Positions 42,017 to 50,217 of a stretch of 64,000 bases of DNA are shown here, in pieces (the stretch's first letter is position 1; every line of letters begins with the position of its first letter). This DNA comes from Trichormus sp. ATA11-4-KO1 (GTDB lineage: Bacteria > Cyanobacteriota > Cyanobacteriia > Cyanobacteriales > Nostocaceae): assembly GCA_019358915.1 (NCBI GenBank), contig JAHHIM010000073.1, forward strand, positions 224,001-288,000, given 5' to 3'. A program made the translations under genes and the position numbers. A model generated the notes under the pieces. The model saw only the letters and a program-made list of their open reading frames with translations, was not told the origin of the DNA and ran no database searches.

Positions 42017-42147
42017 TAAGTAGGTAGGCACAAATAAAATCAACTATGTAAAGAAAAATGAATCAGCTTAAAACCCTCTTCCCTTCTGCCTCCTGCCTTC
42101 TGCCTTCTGCCTTATCCTAGCGATAAATTTTCCCACCCACCTACTTA
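42017..42147. mobile_element. MITE copy 2, inserted between RBS and start codon
   Basis: Identical to copy 3; right-hand TA supplies the A of ATG 42147. Confidence 0.9.
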
Positions 42148-42467
42148 TGATGAACAAGAATAATATTCAAAAATATCGGTTTGTCTGTACCCTGACTTTT
42201 GGTGATATCTACGGTCAAATTATTGTTTGGTTGATTACAATTACTATCAGTTTGGCATCAGCCTTGGCTTTAATGGGTGCTAGACGACCAGTGTATGCTT
42301 TAGCAACGGTAGGTCTCGTCGTTCTCCTTTCGCTGCCTTTCTTGCTGTTTGCATTTGTCACTACATTGTTAAATCATATTGAAGTAATGCCTGTGGAATC
42401 AGGAACCAAGACCGAACCCATACCCGGTAATGTTTCCCAGCAACAACCAGTACAAGCAACTAGCTAG
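42147..42467 (+). CDS. Hypothetical two-TM membrane protein
   Basis: CTLTFGDIYGQII..two hydrophobic helices..FVTTLLNHI. Confidence 0.75.
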   Translation: MMNKNNIQKYRFVCTLTFGDIYGQIIVWLITITISLASALALMGARRPVYALATVGLVVLLSLPFLLFAFVTTLLNHIEVMPVESGTKTEPIPGNVSQQQPVQATS

Positions 42468-42569
42468 AAAATAGGGGACAGGGTAAGAGATTTTTCCAAT
42501 CGTGGCTAAATTTAAATTTTGAGATGAAGGCAACTTCATCAATATCCAAAATTAATATTTGAAGTGACA

Positions 42570-42596
42570 TCCCTGTCGATGGCAGGGAATTTTTTT
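42570..42596 (+). terminator. Probable rho-independent terminator
   Basis: TCCCTGTC-gat-GGCAGGGA followed by T7. Confidence 0.6.
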
Positions 42597-42682
42597 GTAC
42601 GCACTCAACGGCAGTCCAAGGTGCTGTCTGAGGAATTGCATTTCTACAATAGAACAGCAGCTTATTGCAGTTGGGGCTAATT

Positions 42683-44410
42683 ATGCTGGAACATGATGTG
42701 ATTATTGTCGGTGGTGGATTGGCGGGATGTCGCGCTGCTGTGGAAATTGCGCGAACTGATCCTAGTTTAAATATTGCTGTGGTTGCTAAAACCCACCCAA
42801 TACGTTCTCATTCGGTCGCAGCCCAAGGTGGTATGGCAGCGTCATTAAAAAATGTTGATTCAGCAGATAGTTGGGAATCACATGCTTTTGATACTGTCAA
42901 GGGTTCTGACTACTTGGCAGACCAAGATGCCGTGGCAATTCTCGCCCAGGAAGCCCCGGATGTGGTGATAGATCTGGAACACATGGGTGTTTTGTTCTCT
43001 CGTTTGCCTGATGGTCGTATTGCCCAACGGGCTTTTGGGGGACATTCTCACAACCGCACCTGTTACGCTGCTGATAAGACTGGTCACGCGATTTTACACG
43101 AATTGGTGAATAACTTGCGGCGTTACGGTGTGCAAATTTATCAGGAGTGGTACGTAATGCGCCTGATTTTAGAATCAGGTCAGGCGAAGGGTGTAGTGAT
43201 GTTCCATCTTTTGGATGGGCATATTGAGGTGCTACGGGCGAAGGCAGTCATGTTTGCGACTGGCGGCTATGGTCGCGTTTATAATACTACCTCTAATGAT
43301 TATGCTTCTACTGGTGATGGTCTAGCAATGACTGCGATCGCGGGTTTGCCTTTAGAAGATATGGAATTTGTCCAATTTCATCCCACTGGCTTGTATCCAG
43401 TAGGGGTGCTGATTTCCGAAGCAGTACGAGGAGAAGGGGCGTATCTAATTAATAGTGCAGGCGATCGCTTTATGGCCAATTACGCACCTAGTCGCATGGA
43501 ACTAGCTCCTCGTGATATTACCTCACGGGCGATCGCTTACGAAATTCGTGCTGGTCGGGGGATTCATCCCGATGGAAGTGCAGGCGGCCCCTTTGTTTAT
43601 CTTGACCTGCGCCACATGGGCAAAGAAAAAATTATGAGCCGTGTCCCTTTCTGTTGGGAAGAAGCCCATCGCCTCGTCGGTGTAGATGCAGTAACTCAAC
43701 CAATGCCAGTCCGCCCCACAAATCACTATTGTATGGGTGGTATCCCTGTGAACACTAATGGTCAAGTCCGCAGCAGTGGCGATAGTTTAGTTGATGGCTT
43801 CTTTGCGGCTGGGGAAACTGCTTGCGTGTCTGTACACGGTGCCAATCGCCTCGGTAGTAACTCGCTACTCGAATGTGTAGTTTATGGTAAGCGCACTGGG
43901 GCAGCGATCGCTCAATATGTGCAAAAACGGAAGTTACCTGCTGTAGACGCGCAACGTTACATTAACGAAGCACAGCAACAAATCCGACTCTTACTAGAAC
44001 AGCCAGGAAAATATCGTATTAACCAAGTTCGTCAAGCCTTTCAAGATTGCATGACAGAGTATTGTGGTGTTTTTCGCACCGAAGAATTAATGCGTGAAGG
44101 CTGGCAAAAAATAGCCCAATTGCAACAGCAATATTCTGATATTTTTTTAGATGATAAAGGTAGTTGTTGGAATACAGAACTTGTGGAAGCCTTAGAACTG
44201 CGGAGTTTGATCGTAGTAGGACAAACAATTATGGCATCAGCCCTAAATCGCCAAGAAAGTCGGGGCGCACATTTCCGCGAAGATTATCCCCAGCGAGATG
44301 ATGCTAATTTCCTGCAACACACAATGGCTTACTATTCACCAGCAGGAATTGATATTCAATATCGCCCAGTAGCAATTACTATGTTTGAGCCAAAAGAGCG
44401 CAAGTATTAA
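42683..44410 (+). CDS. sdhA: Succinate dehydrogenase/fumarate reductase flavoprotein subunit
   Basis: IVGGGLAG, RSHSVAAQGG, QFHPTG, HGANRLGSNSL, ESRGAH. Confidence 0.95.
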   Translation: MLEHDVIIVGGGLAGCRAAVEIARTDPSLNIAVVAKTHPIRSHSVAAQGGMAASLKNVDSADSWESHAFDTVKGSDYLADQDAVAILAQEAPDVVIDLEHMGVLFSRLPDGRIAQRAFGGHSHNRTCYAADKTGHAILHELVNNLRRYGVQIYQEWYVMRLILESGQAKGVVMFHLLDGHIEVLRAKAVMFATGGYGRVYNTTSNDYASTGDGLAMTAIAGLPLEDMEFVQFHPTGLYPVGVLISEAVRGEGAYLINSAGDRFMANYAPSRMELAPRDITSRAIAYEIRAGRGIHPDGSAGGPFVYLDLRHMGKEKIMSRVPFCWEEAHRLVGVDAVTQPMPVRPTNHYCMGGIPVNTNGQVRSSGDSLVDGFFAAGETACVSVHGANRLGSNSLLECVVYGKRTGAAIAQYVQKRKLPAVDAQRYINEAQQQIRLLLEQPGKYRINQVRQAFQDCMTEYCGVFRTEELMREGWQKIAQLQQQYSDIFLDDKGSCWNTELVEALELRSLIVVGQTIMASALNRQESRGAHFREDYPQRDDANFLQHTMAYYSPAGIDIQYRPVAITMFEPKERKY

Positions 44411-44432
44411 ATTCAGAACATTATAGGGGATA

Positions 44433-44563
44433 TAAGTAGGTAGGCACAAATAAAATCAACTATGTAAAGAAAAATGAATCAGCTTAAAACCCTCTTCCCT
44501 TCTGCCTCCTGCCTTCTGCCTTCTGCCTTATCCTAGCGATAAATTTTCCCACCCACCTACTTA
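44433..44563. mobile_element. MITE copy 3, inserted in the loop of a hairpin downstream of sdhA
   Basis: Flanks ATAGGGGATA / TATTCCCTAT form a stem around the TA target. Confidence 0.9.
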
Positions 44564-44756
44564 ATTATTCCCTATCTTATGACCAGACGTTAACTTTTAG
44601 ACCCAATTGCACTTGAACTAAGAAATAGCATAATTATATCAGTCAAATAGATAGGCAATCATCATGATTATTGATGATGTAGATTGATATTTTTTTATTT
44701 ACTAAAAGAATTTATGTGTGAAAATCTTGACATATAGCAATTCATCTTAGTTGTGA

Positions 44757-44777
44757 TAGCTTGCGTGGCGTAGCTAT
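44757..44777. repeat. 21-bp SDR-like element
   Basis: TAGCTTGCGTGGCGTAGCTAT, 19/21 identical to the glcE insert at 26337. Confidence 0.65.
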
Positions 44778-44918
44778 AAATCATCTTTACAAACCTGCCA
44801 AGTACGCCAATAAAAGCCAGCTAAAAAATGAACTTTCATGAATCATTTGGGATTGCTATATGAATCAAAAGTTAGGTTCAGTTACTCAAAATTTACTGTC
44901 TGGGAAAGCTCAAAAGTT

Positions 44919-45422
44919 ATGAGAAGAATGCTCGCTCAATCTGTCCTATCATCAGTTTTTGGAACCACACTTGCTTTTTCAAATATCGTGCCAATTCCTG
45001 CCCAAGCCCAAACTAGCTGTCCTACAGTCACGAGGCCAGAAATTGCCGACCTTTTCAACCGATGGAACAACTCTTTAAAAACGGGTGATCCAAATGCAGT
45101 CGTCCGCAACTATGCCAGAAATGGAGTTTTGTTGCCGACAGTTTCCAACAAAGTGCGACGAAATCATGATGAAATTAAAGACTACTTTGTGCAATTCTTG
45201 GCACTTAAACCCGTAGGGAAAATTAATTACCGCAACATTCGCCTTTATTGTGGTGTCGCTATTGATTCAGGAACTTATACATTTACCCTGACAAACAACG
45301 GACGAACTGAGCAAGTTGCAGCACGATACACATTTGTGTATAACAAAGTCGGCGATAGATGGCTAATAGCAGAACACCACTCTTCAGCTATGCCAGAAAG
45401 CATTGCTGCCAGCCCTCAATAA
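44919..45422 (+). CDS. Secreted NTF2-like (SgcJ/EcaC, DUF4440) protein; putative iota-class carbonic anhydrase
   Basis: Signal peptide ending AQA; LLPTVS, DYF..FL, GTYTF, ARYTFVY, C-terminal HHSS motif. Confidence 0.75.
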   Translation: MRRMLAQSVLSSVFGTTLAFSNIVPIPAQAQTSCPTVTRPEIADLFNRWNNSLKTGDPNAVVRNYARNGVLLPTVSNKVRRNHDEIKDYFVQFLALKPVGKINYRNIRLYCGVAIDSGTYTFTLTNNGRTEQVAARYTFVYNKVGDRWLIAEHHSSAMPESIAASPQ

Positions 45423-45539
45423 GTATTGTGCTACTTTTTTGCGAGAGTCAGATGGGATTAAATATAGCCGTAGTCACATAGATTAGGTTATTATTGATTG
45501 CTCAAAGCACTGAAGCGATTGGGTTTATACTCAGCACTC

Positions 45540-45560
45540 CCCTTCGACTTCGCTCAGGGC
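45540..45560. repeat. 21-bp SDR-like element CCCTTCGACTTCGCTCAGGGC inside a TCAGCAC array
   Basis: Interrupts heptamer repeats; related inverted sequence at ~10481-10501. Confidence 0.6.
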
Positions 45561-45598
45561 CAGCGCACTCAGCACTTTGCTATAACAGCGAATCGAGC

Positions 45599-45627
45599 TT
45601 GACTTCTGTCTGTCCGAGATGTATGAT
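45599..45627 (+). promoter_or_regulatory. Sigma70-type promoter
   Basis: TTGACT-17 bp-TATGAT directly upstream of the riboswitch. Confidence 0.7.
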
Positions 45628-45639
45628 TCCAATCACATA

Positions 45640-45757
45640 GAAGGGGAGTAGCTACTGGCAACAAATCAGAATTGAAATGCCAGTGCATCTGAATCAACAT
45701 ACTGGCAATAAGCCTGGTTCAGTTGACAAGTAATTAACATTTGGAAGCGAGACCTTC
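45640..45757 (+). ncRNA. yybP-ykoY manganese riboswitch
   Basis: GAAGGGGAGTAGC...ATCAACATACT...GCGAGACCTTC conserved blocks; upstream of a TMEM165/GDT1 transporter. Confidence 0.85.
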
Positions 45758-45855
45758 ACTGACTTCACACCAAAAACGTGTGTGAGTTTCAGTGAGGTAT
45801 TGTTTGTCTCCTTGAAGCTCCACACAGGAAAAAATCTTTCAGGAGCTTTGAGACA

Positions 45856-46476
45856 GTGCTAACAGCATTTACCGCAGGTTTATTACTAATTACAGTTTCA
45901 GAATTAGGCGATAAAACATTTTTTATCGCTGTAATATTGGCAATGCGTCACTCGCGACGGCTAGTATTCACTGGTGTAACACTGGCTTTAGCGGCGATGA
46001 CAATCCTTTCGGTAATATTTGGGAAAGTAGTATCTTTATTGCCAAAAGTTTATATTCATTACGCTGCAATAGCTTTATTTATTATTTTTGGTTTTAAGCT
46101 GCTGTATGAAGCCAGTCAGATGCCTTCCTCTAGTTGTGATACAGAAGTTGTCGATGAGGCAAAAGAAGCAGTAGAAAAAGCTGATGCACAGCTACCAAAG
46201 CAAAAAACTTCCTTAGCAATTTTAATAGAAGCCTTCGTACTCACATTTTTAGCAGAGTGGGGCGATCGCACACAAATTGCCACCATCGCCCTAGCAGCAA
46301 GATATAACGCCATTGGCGTAGCTGTCGGTGCTGTGTTAGGACACGCAATTTGTACAGCGATCGCCGTGATTGGTGGCAGAATCATTGCTGGACGCATTTC
46401 TGAGCGTCAACTCACCCTCGCTGGTGGATGTCTGTTTCTGATTTTTGGTATCCTTGCTGCCGTAGAAGGAGCTTAA
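45856..46476 (+). CDS. TMEM165/GDT1 (UPF0016) Mn2+/Ca2+ transporter, Mnx-like
   Basis: Two ExGD(K/R)T motifs (ELGDKT, EWGDRT); AGGAG RBS. Confidence 0.92.
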   Translation: MLTAFTAGLLLITVSELGDKTFFIAVILAMRHSRRLVFTGVTLALAAMTILSVIFGKVVSLLPKVYIHYAAIALFIIFGFKLLYEASQMPSSSCDTEVVDEAKEAVEKADAQLPKQKTSLAILIEAFVLTFLAEWGDRTQIATIALAARYNAIGVAVGAVLGHAICTAIAVIGGRIIAGRISERQLTLAGGCLFLIFGILAAVEGA

Positions 46477-46539
46477 TGGAGTGGGGGATGGGGGGAGAAG
46501 AACTTAATATTAGTAATCTTCCCTTGTCCCCTTGTCCCC

Positions 46540-47394
46540 TCACTCCTTATCAGGTGAAGCCGCAGGACTAGGAGTCGGTGAGGTCGCCGCTTTGTTAATT
46601 TCGTCTTTGTACTGAGCAGGTGCTAAAGCCAAGGCGCTATCAAACAAAGGTTTTGCTTCTGTGACTTTACCCTGTTCCTTGAGCAGCATGGCTTTGGCTA
46701 AAACTGGGCGAAAGTCCTTCGGGTCTTTCTTGATGGCTTGGTCATATACAGAGGTCGCTTGCGGATAGCGTTTTTGAGAAGCGTGAACAGTACCTAATAG
46801 CACCTGTACAGCCACCGTATCCACACTTCCAGGCTGAATTGTATTGATCTGGGCTGCATTAGAGAGGGTTTCTTGCAGCAAACCAATAGCTGCTTCTGGA
46901 CGTTGTTGATTTAACAACAAAGCTACCATTCCCTGCAAAGCCTTCAAGTCACCAGGTTTCGTATCTAAAATCGAGCGATAAGCTTGAGCAGCTCCTTCAT
47001 TGTCACCAATTTGCTGCTTTGCTTGAGCTAGTAAAACTCCATATTCCGACTGTTCTGGATTGAGTTTAGCTAGCTTTTCTAAAGGTTCAATTACCCCATT
47101 AATATTGCCTTGTTTTAAACTTAGGAGTTGTAACCGCGCCTGCAATAAACCTTTGAGCGCAGTTTGATTTTCTGGTTCCCGTTGCAAAACCAGTTCATAA
47201 CCCCGTACTTCATCTTCTAGTTTTGATTTTTGCTCAGAGGAAGGTACGCCACTCCTAGTGCTAGCGGCCTCCTGATTTGAGGGTGACGTATTATTCAAGG
47301 CGCCAATAATAGGAATCACCGAAACGCCCACAAAAGCAAGAACTGCCAGCGCTAAAATGATCCTAACTATCCAACGATTGCGCGGTTGAGACAC
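46540..47394 (-). CDS. Membrane-anchored tetratricopeptide repeat protein
   Basis: N-terminal TM; repeated TPR helices. Confidence 0.85.
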   Translation of the reverse strand: MSQPRNRWIVRIILALAVLAFVGVSVIPIIGALNNTSPSNQEAASTRSGVPSSEQKSKLEDEVRGYELVLQREPENQTALKGLLQARLQLLSLKQGNINGVIEPLEKLAKLNPEQSEYGVLLAQAKQQIGDNEGAAQAYRSILDTKPGDLKALQGMVALLLNQQRPEAAIGLLQETLSNAAQINTIQPGSVDTVAVQVLLGTVHASQKRYPQATSVYDQAIKKDPKDFRPVLAKAMLLKEQGKVTEAKPLFDSALALAPAQYKDEINKAATSPTPSPAASPDKE

Positions 47395-47768
47395 AGTTTT
47401 GTCTTACTCCAGAATTCTAACGACATGATAATTTACATCTATCGGAAAGCTAAAAATTTCCAAAACTTTGCGGAATACCGCCAATTGCCTGTGAATTTTA
47501 TAACAAATAACTATTCACACTGCTAAAGTAAGTGATGACTTTAGGAGGAGCCGTCAGAATTGTACTTATGATATGCTTCCGAAACTAGTGTAAAGGCGCT
47601 AGATTACATTAGCGTATAAATGGAAATTTAGCGTCTTTACCATTGTATTGGGCGCTCTGGTGTAGGTTTGTGAAAAGCAAATATACTTTCATCAACCACA
47701 CAAACGCTCTTTCGAGCTACCTTCGTAAAATCCCACAATGGGATGTGTCTCCGCCGCAAGGAGTTTTT

Positions 47769-48782
47769 ATGAATTCCGACCTGATGCCTTCGCCTGAATC
47801 GTCCAACTCTCCTGCCGACCATCAGCCTCAAGCCAATAAAGAGGCATCTGCTAATGTTCATACAGTAGCAGCCCAGTCCTCTAAAATTGAAAATTCGTCC
47901 GTTAACCCTAGCGAGACTGGCTCAAACGGGAATTTAGCTAATCGGCAACAACCGATTCCGCCTCCCAGTGAACCAATGCAGTATCGAGCAATCGGCTTAG
48001 TCCGTGGTCGCTACTGTGCTAGCAGCGAACAATTTACTCAAGGTACGCTGCTCACCGCAGATGGTGTAGAACTCAACGCCGTCCTCCTCGGCCGGATTAT
48101 GAGCTTAGTCAAGAATCACCTAGATTTAGAAAAAGATCATTTGTGGGTAGTTTATCCACGCACACGCCAAGAAAACGACACCTTGCACATCCAAATTGTT
48201 GGGGTTTGGGAGCCAGAAAATCTGGCTAAACAGCCAACAGATGAGGATGAGCAAGATTCGGGATCACAACAGTTGCAGACAACCGATGATGACGTACCCG
48301 AAAACCAAGAAGAATCAACAAATGAACTGATATCTTCCTCCGAACTGCCTGATGGTAGTTTTTCCGTGCGTGGCGAGGTAGTTTATCAGTCTTTTGACGC
48401 TAAAAGTTTAGTTGTCAAGATTAAGCAGGCTCCGCGCAAACCAACTGATAAACCCAAATATTTTAAGTTGAAACTGCGCGGTGTCCTCACCACCAAAGCC
48501 GTCGGCAAGTTTTGGGACTTTAAAGCCAAACGAGAAGCTGACGTATTGGTAGTAGAAAATGCCGAAGCGATCGCTGATTTGCCTAAAAAACGCAGACCAC
48601 CGTTCAAAGGTGGCCCTCGTAGTGGCGGTGGCTCTGGGAGGAAACCCTTTCCCCCCAGACGCAGTGGGGAAACACCAAAACCAATCAAGAAAACAGCCGG
48701 CGATTCCTCGGTGGTATCAAAACCCATACCAAAAACGCCTGCGCCTAAGCCGATTAAACGGCCAAAGCCAACCCAGGAGTAG
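47769..48782 (+). CDS. Hypothetical protein with basic, Pro-rich C-terminus
   Basis: QYRAIGLVRGRY..WVVYPRT..IVGVWEP core; AAGGAG RBS before ATG 47769. Confidence 0.75.
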   Translation: MNSDLMPSPESSNSPADHQPQANKEASANVHTVAAQSSKIENSSVNPSETGSNGNLANRQQPIPPPSEPMQYRAIGLVRGRYCASSEQFTQGTLLTADGVELNAVLLGRIMSLVKNHLDLEKDHLWVVYPRTRQENDTLHIQIVGVWEPENLAKQPTDEDEQDSGSQQLQTTDDDVPENQEESTNELISSSELPDGSFSVRGEVVYQSFDAKSLVVKIKQAPRKPTDKPKYFKLKLRGVLTTKAVGKFWDFKAKREADVLVVENAEAIADLPKKRRPPFKGGPRSGGGSGRKPFPPRRSGETPKPIKKTAGDSSVVSKPIPKTPAPKPIKRPKPTQE

Positions 48783-48817
48783 TGCTGAGTGCTGAGTGCT
48801 GAGTGCTGAGTGCTGAG
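48781..48817. repeat. STRR heptamer (AGTGCTG)x5
   Basis: Directly visible; same family at 10563, 13419, 27790, 27977, 45530, 50180. Confidence 0.9.
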
Positions 48818-48850
48818 TAAAAGAAAAACTCAGGACTCTACACTCAGAGC

Positions 48851-50020
48851 TTAAAAATCCGTCCAGCGATCTTGGGGTAAAAACGATCGCTCCAGCGAAA
48901 TTGGCGCAACTGGTTCTGTCAGGGTAAAAGTACCTGCTTCAATCCATTGTTTTAACTCTATGGCGATTTGCCGAGAAAAAAACAAACTGGCTAGGGGAGC
49001 AGTTCTCACGGTTTTGCCCTCAATGGTGACACGCCCAGACTTGAGTTGGGCGTAACTCACCAAACCAAAGGTAGGTCGGACGCGTCGAGGAATAGAAAAG
49101 TCCACTATTGGCGCTACTAAATCTTTGTCTTGGACTCCACAGCATTTAACTACTTCTTCGTTTAATACCGGGAGTGGGACTCCTACGCCCAACATCAACG
49201 AAGGTCCATAACTTTTAAAGTAACAACCCCGCACCCAACGCGCATCCATTTGTTTAGCATCACCGATTAAGGCTAAAGTGGCAGCCGGCCCAATGGGTGT
49301 ACGATTGGGCAAACGCTTTTGTAAGGGGAAGTGCTGAGTGCCTTCCCAAGCGACATAGCCAATACCGCCACCTAAAAAAATCCGCGTGCCAATGCCAATA
49401 AGTTGTAGATCGGGGTCGTTAAGTAAAGGGGAAACCGCACCAGGGTTAGAGTAAACGGCATTTGCCAAACTAGGTTGTAAGGGGCCAAGATAAGTAAAAA
49501 GCGGGCGATCGCCTCCGTTCACACCTACGATAAAATTTTGATAAAGATTGCGCGGATTGAATAAATAAAACTGATTAATTGTGTCACGGGTGATAGTAGT
49601 TTCAAAAGTCGCCCGTGGGTAACAATCTGTTACTTGTCCTTGCGCTCTGACGTGTACAGGTTTACCTGCGATTAAATCTTCTATGACATGACCGCCGCCA
49701 CGTTCCCGAATCTCTTCCCCATCTATGACATCTACAGGACAACTAACACCCAAATATAAATCTACTGCCCCAAATCCAGAGTATGTTGGCACGCCATCAA
49801 TCCAGCAGCGCCGAATTTTGATTGGTGGGTCAGTGTGTCCCAGGTTAATGATGGCACCACTTGATTCCATCGGCTCAAATGTGCCAGTAGTAATTACATC
49901 AACTTCTTTGGCAACTTTGCTGACACCGAGTTCGGCAACTCGTGCTTTTAATTCTTCAATCGTCAACACCACCGCACGTTGACAACTGATTTTCTCATTA
50001 ATTTCGGCAATTGTTCGCAT
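48851..50020 (-). CDS. Homocysteine biosynthesis protein (DUF39 family)
   Basis: VDVITTGTF, GGGHVIEDL, TDCYPR, FNPRNLYQN, TRIFLGG. Confidence 0.85.
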   Translation of the reverse strand: MRTIAEINEKISCQRAVVLTIEELKARVAELGVSKVAKEVDVITTGTFEPMESSGAIINLGHTDPPIKIRRCWIDGVPTYSGFGAVDLYLGVSCPVDVIDGEEIRERGGGHVIEDLIAGKPVHVRAQGQVTDCYPRATFETTITRDTINQFYLFNPRNLYQNFIVGVNGGDRPLFTYLGPLQPSLANAVYSNPGAVSPLLNDPDLQLIGIGTRIFLGGGIGYVAWEGTQHFPLQKRLPNRTPIGPAATLALIGDAKQMDARWVRGCYFKSYGPSLMLGVGVPLPVLNEEVVKCCGVQDKDLVAPIVDFSIPRRVRPTFGLVSYAQLKSGRVTIEGKTVRTAPLASLFFSRQIAIELKQWIEAGTFTLTEPVAPISLERSFLPQDRWTDF

Positions 50021-50040
50021 TTAATAATTTTTTCATAAAA

Positions 50041-50066
50041 AACCGCCAAGATGCCAAGACGCCAAG
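50041..50066 (+). repeat. Periodic repeat AACCGCCAAGATGCCAAGACGCCAAG
   Basis: Three 8-nt units. Confidence 0.75.
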
Positions 50067-50217
50067 AAAAGAAAAGCTAGTAAGAAAGATTGTTCTACAA
50101 TTTCAACGTAGTAGGATTATTCAAGATGCATAAAGAGGCTAGGGGCTAAAGGCTAGATACTAGATACTAGTATTCTCACTCAGCACTCAGCACTATTTCA
50201 ACAAGTAAACACACTCC

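Noticed and set aside
45463..45584. Possible MITE remnant (TATAGCCGTAGTC...GCTATA)
   Set aside because: Terminal match too short to call.
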